Sequence record: MT682709.1
From: Escherichia phage vB_EcoM_SP1
Direction: 5' to 3' (one strand)
Length of the DNA: 64,000 nucleotides
In this document: positions 56,824 to 64,000 of the stretch, piece by piece
How positions within the stretch are numbered: position 1 is the first letter of the stretch
Layout: each line of letters opens with the position of its first letter
Translations under genes and position numbers: made by a program
The notes under the pieces: generated by a model
What the model was told of the DNA's origin: nothing
Seen by the model: only the letters and a program-made list of their open reading frames with translations
The model's database searches: none

Positions 56824-57069
56824 ATGGCTAGTACTCGCGGTTATGTTAATATCAAAACGTTTGAGCAGAAATTAGATGGAAATAAGAAAATTGAAGGAAA
56901 GGAAATTTCTGTAGCTTTCCCTCTTTATTCTGACGTTCACAAAATTTCTGGCGCTCATTACCAGACATTCCCTTCAGAAAAAGCAGCATATACTACTGTA
57001 TATGAAGAAAATCAACGTACTGAATGGATTGCTGCAAACGAAGATTTGTGGAAAGTAACTGGCGGTTAA
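56824..57069 (+). CDS. soc: small outer capsid protein Soc
   Basis: 81 aa; MASTRGYVNIKTFEQKLDGNKKIEGKEISVAFPLYSDVHKISGAHYQTF... matches recalled T4 Soc. Confidence 0.9.
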   Translation: MASTRGYVNIKTFEQKLDGNKKIEGKEISVAFPLYSDVHKISGAHYQTFPSEKAAYTTVYEENQRTEWIAANEDLWKVTGG

Positions 57070-57076
57070 AATTCAA

Positions 57077-57100
57077 GGACTCCCGAAGGAGTCCTTTTTT
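57077..57100 (+). terminator. rho-independent terminator
   Basis: GGACTCC-CGAA-GGAGTCC followed by TTTTTT. Confidence 0.75.
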
Positions 57101-57110
57101 CATTTAAACA

Positions 57111-57140
57111 GTTTACTTTCCAAAATGAGTATGGTATAAT
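57111..57140 (+). promoter_or_regulatory. T4-type early promoter
   Basis: GTTTAC 57111-57116, TGGTATAAT 57132-57140. Confidence 0.6.
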
Positions 57141-57166
57141 AGAATTATCTTATAGAGGAGAGCACT

Positions 57167-57373
57167 ATGTTAAATCGCTGGATTAAACCAAATGAAGATT
57201 TAGATATTATCATTTCACGACATGTAATGAAGAAATATGAACTACAGCCATGGTCTACAGAAGTTGTTGTGCATTCATTTATGATGTACGCAGATGGTTC
57301 TGTCGAATTTAATGCAGAGATTCGATATGATTATGGCGAGAAGCAAGTTGAATTCAAGAGAGGCTTTTTGTAA
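57167..57373 (+). CDS. hypothetical protein (68 aa)
   Basis: ATG with GAGGAGAGCACT leader. Confidence 0.55.
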   Translation: MLNRWIKPNEDLDIIISRHVMKKYELQPWSTEVVVHSFMMYADGSVEFNAEIRYDYGEKQVEFKRGFL

Positions 57374-57714
57374 TGTTTATCTTTAATTGGTTTAAAAATT
57401 TCTTTACGGATTTTTTCTCTACAACTCCCGGAGAAGGTGTAGTTCCTATTTCAAATGACTACCTTCCTTTAACTGTAGTTGAATATGTTTATATGGGAGA
57501 TGGAACAGTAGAAGCAGTTACTATGACTTATGAAGAAGCCCAGGAATATTATAAAAATCCTTGGCGCTGGTCAACACCTACTACATCATCTAATACACAG
57601 AATACACAGTCTAATTCTGATTCATATGACACTAATGTTCTTGTTCATGTATGGACGGGCGATTCATGTGGAAGTTCTTGTGATTCTAGTTGTTCATCTA
57701 CATCTTGCGATTGA
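57373..57714 (+). CDS. hypothetical protein with Cys/Ser-rich C-terminal tail (113 aa)
   Basis: C-terminus ...[20 protein letters not shown]. Confidence 0.5.
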   Translation: MFIFNWFKNFFTDFFSTTPGEGVVPISNDYLPLTVVEYVYMGDGTVEAVTMTYEEAQEYYKNPWRWSTPTTSSNTQNTQSNSDSYDTNVLVHVWTGDSCGSSCDSSCSSTSCD

Positions 57715-57722
57715 GGAAAATT

Positions 57723-58208
57723 ATGGAAGCGATTTTGTTTGAAATGTATATTAATAGCGATAGCATGGCGTTTGCTAAAGACGTTCCAATTACCGTAGCA
57801 GTAATGATTGATAAGGGTTATTGTGACCCAATGTATCTCGTAGAAAATTTCGTTTCAATGCCAGTTCCAGAAGATGCTGAAATAAAACTTAAAAAGATTG
57901 GTATTATTGAAACTGTACCAAATATTCCGTTTAGAGCAATTGAAGCATTTACTAAATCCGAATACATTAATGTTAGCGCAGAACAATATAATGATAAGCC
58001 TTTATCTTTTTATTCGTACGATTCACTATATAGTTGGAAAATAGATAAAGGAAATAAATTTATAATTGCAGGTGAAGATGCTTTATCATATTTTATTTCT
58101 TCTGTATGGAATAGTTTACATCCAAATTTGCTAAAAATTCATGAATTTGACGATGCTCCTACTGTTGTTTTAGGTAAAACAAATGAAAGTTCTGAAGAAA
58201 ATGTTTGA
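57723..58208 (+). CDS. hypothetical protein (161 aa)
   Basis: ATG 57723 after GAGGAAAATT (track ORF begins upstream at 57690). Confidence 0.55.
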   Translation: MEAILFEMYINSDSMAFAKDVPITVAVMIDKGYCDPMYLVENFVSMPVPEDAEIKLKKIGIIETVPNIPFRAIEAFTKSEYINVSAEQYNDKPLSFYSYDSLYSWKIDKGNKFIIAGEDALSYFISSVWNSLHPNLLKIHEFDDAPTVVLGKTNESSEENV

Positions 58209-58386
58209 ATGGTTCAGTAGACCAAACTCAATGTACATTGATGACGGTTGGGTTGAACAGGCAAATAAAGAAATGCAGAACGAATCAGAAGAATGGATGA
58301 AATCAATGATTAGTGCCGAGAAAGAAAAGAAATTAGAACGCTCAGCTCTTAAATTGATGAGAGACATCTATGGGGATAAATCATGA
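58183..58386 (+). CDS. hypothetical protein (67 aa)
   Basis: ORF overlapping previous gene end. Confidence 0.45.
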   Translation: MKVLKKMFEWFSRPNSMYIDDGWVEQANKEMQNESEEWMKSMISAEKEKKLERSALKLMRDIYGDKS

Positions 58387-58547
58387 ACAGAGATATGACG
58401 TTAGAAGAGGCCAAGGCTAAAGCAAATGAAGCATTGGATTTGCTTCTTAAAATTGGCAGTAAAATGATGGAAGAAAATGAGAAATATATCCAGGAAAACA
58501 AAATTCCTGACGGTCCATTAGTAGGCAAGAGGAAATCATATGATTGA
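58383..58547 (+). CDS. hypothetical small protein (54 aa)
   Basis: ATG 58383 (ATGA coupling), ends overlapping the next start; below ORF-track cutoff. Confidence 0.4.
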   Translation: MNRDMTLEEAKAKANEALDLLLKIGSKMMEENEKYIQENKIPDGPLVGKRKSYD

Positions 58548-59010
58548 AGTAGCAAAACATTATTCAATAGAATTTATGTCTAACGAAGGTAAATCAGTAA
58601 ATACACTTGATAAAAAGTGCTCATTAATTATTCCTTTAGCAGAAAATCCGGATATTTTAATTAAAGATATAAAAGAAAGAAAATACCCAGAAAATGTTAT
58701 CCTAATTATAAAGCATACTGAAGATATTTTGCAGAATACTGATTCACCATTTTCTTCTTCTGAAGCTTTAACTATTAAAGGATATAAAAGAGCTCATGAA
58801 TATGGTCTTTTTGACCTGTTTGAAGATGATAACGTTAAATTAGCGAGTCAACCTTCTAAAAGTAAAACATTCATTATTGAAGATATTAAAGACATAAATG
58901 CATTTGTTAAGATGGTCTGGGCTCATTTTGATGTTGGACTACGCTGGAGAATGTCCGAAGAAGAAAGAAAGATTATTGAAACTAATCGTTATTTTGGTTT
59001 TTATCGCTAG
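58540..59010 (+). CDS. hypothetical protein (156 aa)
   Basis: ATG with AGAGGAAATCAT leader. Confidence 0.55.
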   Translation: MIEVAKHYSIEFMSNEGKSVNTLDKKCSLIIPLAENPDILIKDIKERKYPENVILIIKHTEDILQNTDSPFSSSEALTIKGYKRAHEYGLFDLFEDDNVKLASQPSKSKTFIIEDIKDINAFVKMVWAHFDVGLRWRMSEEERKIIETNRYFGFYR

Positions 59011-59018
59011 GAATTAAT

Positions 59019-59201
59019 ATGGATTTATTTGAGATGTTAGAAGATAATCATTCTACGAATATCCAGAATGATTCTAGTGATTATAAGAAAGAATACCGTA
59101 TAGTATTACAGAATTATGGAATTGAAGCCCCAGATGCTCTTCTAGAAGAACTAGCTTCATACCATCTTGACCCTCCGCCCTGGGCTCCCTGGGCAAAATA
59201 A
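59019..59201 (+). CDS. hypothetical protein (60 aa)
   Basis: ATG after GGAATTAAT. Confidence 0.45.
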   Translation: MDLFEMLEDNHSTNIQNDSSDYKKEYRIVLQNYGIEAPDALLEELASYHLDPPPWAPWAK

Positions 59202-59212
59202 TTCAAAAAGTT

Positions 59213-59242
59213 GTTTACTTTCCTTCCTAACAATGATATGAT
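59213..59242 (+). promoter_or_regulatory. T4-type early promoter
   Basis: GTTTAC 59213-59218, TATGAT 59237-59242. Confidence 0.55.
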
Positions 59243-59268
59243 AGCTTCTGAAGTATATGGAGGCTATC

Positions 59269-59892
59269 ATGATTATTAATCTTGCAGATGTTGAACAGTT
59301 ATCTATAAAAGCTGAAAGTGTTGATTTTCAATATGATATGTATAAAAAGGTCTGTGAAAAATTTACTGACTTTGAACAGTCAGTTCTTTGGCAATGTATG
59401 GAAGCCAAAAAGAATGAAGCTCTTCATCGGCAGTTGAATAAAATCATTAAAAAGCATTTAACTAAATCGCCTTATCAGCTATATCGTGGTATATCAAAAT
59501 CGACAAAAGAACTCATTAAAGATTTACAAGTTGGAGAAGTGTTTTCAACGAACAGAGTAGATTCATTTACTACTAGTTTGCATACAGCGTGTTCTTTTTC
59601 TTATGCTGAATATTTCACTGAAATAGTACTTCGCTTAAAAACTGATAAAGCTTTTAATTACTCTGACCATATCAGCGATATTATACTTTCTTCTCCTAAT
59701 ACTGAGTTTAAGTATACATATGAAGATACTGATGGATTAGATTCAGAACGTACTGATAACTTAATGATGATTGTGCGTGAACAAGAATGGATGATTCCAA
59801 TTGGAAAGTATAAAATAACTTCTATTTCAAAAGAAAAATTACACGATTCATTTGGAACATTTAAAGTGTATGATATTGAGGTAGTTGAATGA
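59269..59892 (+). CDS. modB: ADP-ribosyltransferase ModB
   Basis: 207 aa from ATG 59269 (MIINLADVEQL...); size and order as T4 modB. Confidence 0.7.
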   Translation: MIINLADVEQLSIKAESVDFQYDMYKKVCEKFTDFEQSVLWQCMEAKKNEALHRQLNKIIKKHLTKSPYQLYRGISKSTKELIKDLQVGEVFSTNRVDSFTTSLHTACSFSYAEYFTEIVLRLKTDKAFNYSDHISDIILSSPNTEFKYTYEDTDGLDSERTDNLMMIVREQEWMIPIGKYKITSISKEKLHDSFGTFKVYDIEVVE

Positions 59893-60491
59893 AATATTCA
59901 GCAATGCAATTAAAAGATTTTAAAATCAAATCAATGGATGCATCGGTGCGTGCTTCTATTCGTGAAGAATTACTTTCTGAAGGATTTAATTTATCCGAAA
60001 TTGAACTTTTAATTCATTGTATTACTAATAAGCCAGACGACCACTCTTGGTTAAATGAAATAATCAAATCTCGTTTGGAACCAAACGATAAACCTCTTTG
60101 GAGAGGTATTCCAGTTGAGACTAAGCAAGTGTTAAATCAAGGAATTGATATTATTACATTTGATAAAGTAGTATCAGCTTCATATGATAAAAATATAGCT
60201 CTACATTTTGCTTCTGGATTAGAATACAACACACAAGTTATTTTTGAATTCAAAGCTCCTATGGTATTTAATTTCCAGGAGTATGCTATAAAAGCTCTAC
60301 GCTGTAAAGAATACAGTCCAAGTTTTAAGTTTCCGGATAGCCATCGCTATCGTAATATGGAATTAGTTTCAGATGAACAAGAAGTAATGATACCAGCTGG
60401 AAGTGTATTTAGAATTGCGGATAGATATGAGTATAAAAAGTATTCAACATACACTATCTATACTCTTGATTTTGAAGGATTTAATCTATAA
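59889..60491 (+). CDS. modA: ADP-ribosyltransferase ModA
   Basis: 200 aa; MKYSAMQLKDFKIKSMDASVRASIREELLSEGFNL...; paralogue of the preceding gene. Confidence 0.7.
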   Translation: MKYSAMQLKDFKIKSMDASVRASIREELLSEGFNLSEIELLIHCITNKPDDHSWLNEIIKSRLEPNDKPLWRGIPVETKQVLNQGIDIITFDKVVSASYDKNIALHFASGLEYNTQVIFEFKAPMVFNFQEYAIKALRCKEYSPSFKFPDSHRYRNMELVSDEQEVMIPAGSVFRIADRYEYKKYSTYTIYTLDFEGFNL

Positions 60492-60547
60492 TGGAAGGAC
60501 TTAGATTCATTATACCATGAAAGTTTTAAAGCATTTTTCATAAAGTT

Positions 60548-60578
60548 GTTTACAAGCTGAAGTAAAAATGATATAGTA
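60548..60578 (+). promoter_or_regulatory. T4-type early promoter
   Basis: GTTTAC 60548-60553, TATAGT 60573-60578. Confidence 0.55.
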
Positions 60579-60606
60579 TAAGTAGTTAACCGTCCGTGAG
60601 AAAAAT

Positions 60607-61353
60607 ATGAAACTGTCTAAAAATCAAATTCGTAAAATTACACGTCGTTTAGAGCACACTCAGGCATCAGCTAAAAGACGTTCTAAAGATTTTAACTTAG
60701 ACTTCAATTACATTAAGAACATTTTAGATCAGAAAGTTTGCGCTTACTCAGGAGAACCTTTTGATAATCGTATTGAAGGAGAGAAATTATCGTTAGAACG
60801 TTTTGATAATAACGTTGGATACATTAAAGGGAATGTTATTGCAGTAAAGAAAAAGTATAATACATTTCGTTCTGATTATACTTTAGAAGAGCTGATTGAA
60901 AAGCGTGATTTATTTGCTTTGCGAATTGGTCGTTCATCTGCGAAAAAAGTTCATAAACTAAATTTAGATGAAAAGAAATGGGCTAAAATCAAAAAGACTT
61001 ATAATCAAATTAAAGCTATACAGAAAAAACGTGAAAACCGAATTGAGCACATTTCTCAGCTTTCTAAATCAAAACAAACTTCTGACGTTAAGCTAACGAT
61101 TATAGCACTTAAAGCTCGTATTGATGGTTCTCGTATAGCAGAAGGCGCTGAAGTTGTTAAATTGAACGTTCTTCTTAAAGGCTCGGATTGGAAAACTGTG
61201 AAAAAGTTGTCAGAAGCAGAAATGCAATATGATATGTGTGATAAAATTATTCAAGGTGTAGAGCGGTATCAAAACTTGTCTTTTATTGATAAATTTAAAC
61301 TGAAAAGAGGATACCCGCTAAATTGTTCAATTTTTAAACTTATCCGAGGATAA
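60607..61353 (+). CDS. srd: Srd-like protein (248 aa)
   Basis: Size and position between modA and dda as T4 srd; assignment by synteny only. Confidence 0.5.
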   Translation: MKLSKNQIRKITRRLEHTQASAKRRSKDFNLDFNYIKNILDQKVCAYSGEPFDNRIEGEKLSLERFDNNVGYIKGNVIAVKKKYNTFRSDYTLEELIEKRDLFALRIGRSSAKKVHKLNLDEKKWAKIKKTYNQIKAIQKKRENRIEHISQLSKSKQTSDVKLTIIALKARIDGSRIAEGAEVVKLNVLLKGSDWKTVKKLSEAEMQYDMCDKIIQGVERYQNLSFIDKFKLKRGYPLNCSIFKLIRG

Positions 61354-61354
61354 T

Positions 61355-61666
61355 ATGTTTTATGTATACGCGATAGTGTATAGAGATAAAGATGGATTTG
61401 CGGTGCCTGTTCCTCTTGATGAACATCGCCCTGCTGTATTTTTTGAAAGGGAGATTGCTGATAAAGTATTTACAACTCTTAAAGAGCAGTATCAACTAGC
61501 TTTAGGTATGGGAATTCCGAGATTAGTTGAGACTCCACGTAAGTTTTGGTTTAATAAAATAGAAGTTAAACACGTTAAGCCTGATGTAGACACACAAAGA
61601 TTATATCGGCGAATTTTAGATACTGGGCGTATTGTTAGTATACCAATTGCAGGGAATTTACGATGA
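61355..61666 (+). CDS. hypothetical protein (103 aa; dda.1 position)
   Basis: ORF immediately upstream of dda, translationally coupled. Confidence 0.55.
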   Translation: MFYVYAIVYRDKDGFAVPVPLDEHRPAVFFEREIADKVFTTLKEQYQLALGMGIPRLVETPRKFWFNKIEVKHVKPDVDTQRLYRRILDTGRIVSIPIAGNLR

Positions 61667-62982
61667 CATTTGATGATTTGACAGAAGGCCAGAAAAATGC
61701 CTTTAACATCGTTATGAGGGCTATCAAAGAAAAGAAACATCATGTAACTATTAATGGACCTGCTGGTACCGGTAAGACTACTCTTACTAAGTTCATCATT
61801 GAAGCCTTAATATCTACGGGCGAAACTGGAATTATTTTAGCAGCTCCTACACACGCAGCTAAAAAGATTCTTTCAAAACTATCAGGGAAAGAAGCGAGTA
61901 CTATTCACAGTATTCTTAAAATTAACCCAGTAACATACGAAGAAAACGTTCTTTTTGAGCAAAAAGAAGTACCGGATTTGGCTAAATGCAGAGTATTAAT
62001 CTGTGACGAAGTGTCAATGTATGATAGAAAGCTATTTAAAATTCTGCTTTCAACTATCCCGCCATGGTGTACTATAATTGGAATAGGTGATAATAAGCAA
62101 ATTAGACCTGTTGACCCAGGAGAAAATACTGCTTATATCAGTCCATTCTTTACACATAAAGATTTTTATCAGTGTGAACTCACTGAAGTTAAACGCAGTA
62201 ATGCTCCTATTATTGATGTAGCTACTGATGTTCGTAACGGTAAGTGGATTTATGATAAAATTGTTGACGGACATGGAGTACATGGATTTACCGGTGATAC
62301 CGCTTTACGCGATTTTATGGTAAATTATTTTTCAATCGTTAAATCACTAGATGATTTGTTTGAAAATCGCGTAATGGCATTTACAAATAAATCTGTTGAC
62401 AAGTTAAATAGCATTATTCGCAAAAAGATTTTTGAAACTGATAAAGATTTTATCGTTGGTGAAATTATTGTAATGCAGGAACCATTAATTAAAACATATA
62501 AAATTGATGGAAAGCCTGTGTCAGAAATTATTTTTAATAATGGACAATTAGTTCGTATTATAGAAGCAGAGTATACATCAACATTTGTTAAAGCTCGTGG
62601 TGTTTCTGGAGAATATCTAATTCGTCATTGGGATTTAACAGTAGAAACTTACGGCGATGATGAATATTATCGTGAAAAGATTAAAATAATTTCATCTGAT
62701 GAAGAGCTGTATAAGTTTAACTTATTTTTAGGTAAAACGGCAGAAACTTATAAAAATTGGAATAAAGGCGGAAAAGCTCCGTGGAGTGATTTTTGGGATG
62801 CTAAATCACAGTTTAGTAAAGTGAAAGCACTTCCTGCATCAACATTCCATAAAGCTCAGGGCATGTCTGTAGATCGTGCTTTCATTTATACACCTTGCAT
62901 TCATTATGCAGATGCTGAACTAGCTCAGCAGCTTCTTTATGTTGGTGTAACACGTGGTCGTTATGATGTGTTTTATGTATGA
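61663..62982 (+). CDS. dda: DNA helicase Dda (SF1B)
   Basis: 439 aa; Walker A GPAGTGKTT, Walker B ICDEVSM; MTFDDLTEGQKNAFNIVMRAIKEKKHHVTINGPAGTGKTTLTKF... Confidence 0.9.
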   Translation: MTFDDLTEGQKNAFNIVMRAIKEKKHHVTINGPAGTGKTTLTKFIIEALISTGETGIILAAPTHAAKKILSKLSGKEASTIHSILKINPVTYEENVLFEQKEVPDLAKCRVLICDEVSMYDRKLFKILLSTIPPWCTIIGIGDNKQIRPVDPGENTAYISPFFTHKDFYQCELTEVKRSNAPIIDVATDVRNGKWIYDKIVDGHGVHGFTGDTALRDFMVNYFSIVKSLDDLFENRVMAFTNKSVDKLNSIIRKKIFETDKDFIVGEIIVMQEPLIKTYKIDGKPVSEIIFNNGQLVRIIEAEYTSTFVKARGVSGEYLIRHWDLTVETYGDDEYYREKIKIISSDEELYKFNLFLGKTAETYKNWNKGGKAPWSDFWDAKSQFSKVKALPASTFHKAQGMSVDRAFIYTPCIHYADAELAQQLLYVGVTRGRYDVFYV

Positions 62983-63003
62983 TTAAATTTGAGGAAGCTA
63001 TTC

Positions 63004-63249
63004 GTGGAAATAACTAAAGACCAGTTTTATCTACTTCAAGATAAAGTGAGCGAAATATATGAAATAGCTTATAGTAAAAATCGCAGAAATGTAAAAATTG
63101 AATCAGGAAAGTTAATGCTTCAACTAGAAGAAATTGAACGAGATTTGACTGCGTTAGAATTCTTTTGTGGTGAAGTGAAAACTGTTACAATCAGTGATTA
63201 CATTTTAGGTGAAATTAGCCATCTTTATAAGGCGGTTATTAATGATTGA
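63004..63249 (+). CDS. hypothetical protein (81 aa)
   Basis: Probable GTG start 63004 after GAGGAAG (track begins at TTG 62989). Confidence 0.45.
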   Translation: MEITKDQFYLLQDKVSEIYEIAYSKNRRNVKIESGKLMLQLEEIERDLTALEFFCGEVKTVTISDYILGEISHLYKAVIND

Positions 63250-63484
63250 ATTAAGTTTACACCAATTTAAATCTCTTATGACAAATGTTAAAGCTGTCAT
63301 TGAGGAAAATCCAGGACCTGATAATGTTACTATTCGCGAAAAAGCTTCAAAGATAGTATACAGTCTTGAAGAGATACAAAAAGATATTGAATCTATGGCA
63401 AAATTTATTGATGAGCCTATTAATAAAGTTTATATCCAAGATTATACTGTAGGTCAAATTCGCGATTTAGCGAGGAAAATTTAA
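63242..63484 (+). CDS. hypothetical protein (80 aa), weak paralogue of 63004..63249
   Basis: ATG 63242 overlapping previous stop; shares an LEEI-x-x-D...DY-x-x-G-x-I pattern. Confidence 0.45.
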   Translation: MIELSLHQFKSLMTNVKAVIEENPGPDNVTIREKASKIVYSLEEIQKDIESMAKFIDEPINKVYIQDYTVGQIRDLARKI

Positions 63485-64000
63485 TGTTTGATTTTATTAT
63501 AGATTTTGAAACAATGGGAAGCGGTGAAAAAGCAGCTGTTATTGATTTGGCTGTTATTGCCTTTGACCCTAACCCAGAAGTGGTTGAAACATTTGATGAA
63601 TTAGTTTCACGTGGCATTAAAATCAAATTTGATTTAAAAAGCCAAAAAGGACATCGTCTTTTTACTAAAAGCACTATCGAATGGTGGAAAAATCAGTCTC
63701 CTGAAGCTCGAAAAAATATTGCACCATCAGATGAAGATGTAAGCACTATCGATGGTATTGTAAAATTTAATGATTACATCAATGCACATAATATCGATCC
63801 TTGGAAATCTCAAGGCTGGTGCCGTGGAATGTCGTTTGATTTTCCAATTTTAGTCGATCTCATTCGCGATATTCAACGTCTTAATGGCGTTTCTGAGAAT
63901 GAACTTGACACATTTAAGTTAGAACCATGTAAATTCTGGAATCAGCGTGATATTCGTACCAGAATTGAAGCACTTCTCCTTGTTCGTGATATGACCACAT
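63484..64000 (+). CDS. dexA: exonuclease A DexA, 5' portion (continues past window end)
   Basis: MFDFIIDFETMGSGEKAAVIDLAVIAF... DEDDh exonuclease N-terminus matching recalled T4 DexA; no stop within window. Confidence 0.85.
   Translation, partial: MFDFIIDFETMGSGEKAAVIDLAVIAFDPNPEVVETFDELVSRGIKIKFDLKSQKGHRLFTKSTIEWWKNQSPEARKNIAPSDEDVSTIDGIVKFNDYINAHNIDPWKSQGWCRGMSFDFPILVDLIRDIQRLNGVSENELDTFKLEPCKFWNQRDIRTRIEALLLVRDMTT

Overview
The window is a co-linear ~64 kb stretch of a T4-like (T-even, Tevenvirinae) Escherichia phage genome, in the opposite orientation to the usual T4 map, so almost every gene is on the + strand. Recognised from protein sequence and gene order (window order): ten-gene tRNA cluster, nudE, e (lysozyme), denV, ipIII, ipII, regB, tk, rI, nrdC, 49, nrdD (split by a 1033-nt group I intron carrying I-TevII), nrdG, nrdH, 55, alpha-gt, 47, 46, rpbA, 45, 44, 62, regA, 43, imm, 42, a glycosyltransferase at the beta-gt position, uvsX, 40, 41, dmd, sp, 61, 56, soc, modB, modA, srd, dda and the start of dexA. 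It is not T4 itself: lysozyme differs at several residues, the tRNA set includes Tyr and Asn, and the accessory content differs. Regulatory sequence is typical T4: many early promoters (GTTTAC -35 with a TAnnAT -10), TATAAATA late promoters before e and I-TevII, recurrent GGGC-UUCG-GCCC hairpin terminators, and the gene 43 translational operator. No known defence or anti-defence system was identified with certainty. The most interesting candidates are: (1) an expanded family of genes with internal-protein capsid-targeting leaders (MKT[YF]xEF...) carrying diverse cargo; (2) an intact denV sitting between e and ipIII while a deletion scar of denV remains downstream of ipII; (3) a membrane protein / nucleotidyltransferase / AAA+ ATPase trio; (4) a macro-domain protein beside a secreted SLT-like transglycosylase; (5) four tandem paralogues with C-terminal coiled coils; (6) a reverse-strand small membrane gene in the 61-56 gap. 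All coordinates come from reading the sequence and the ORF track; no database search was run, so names rest on recalled T4 protein sequences and map order.
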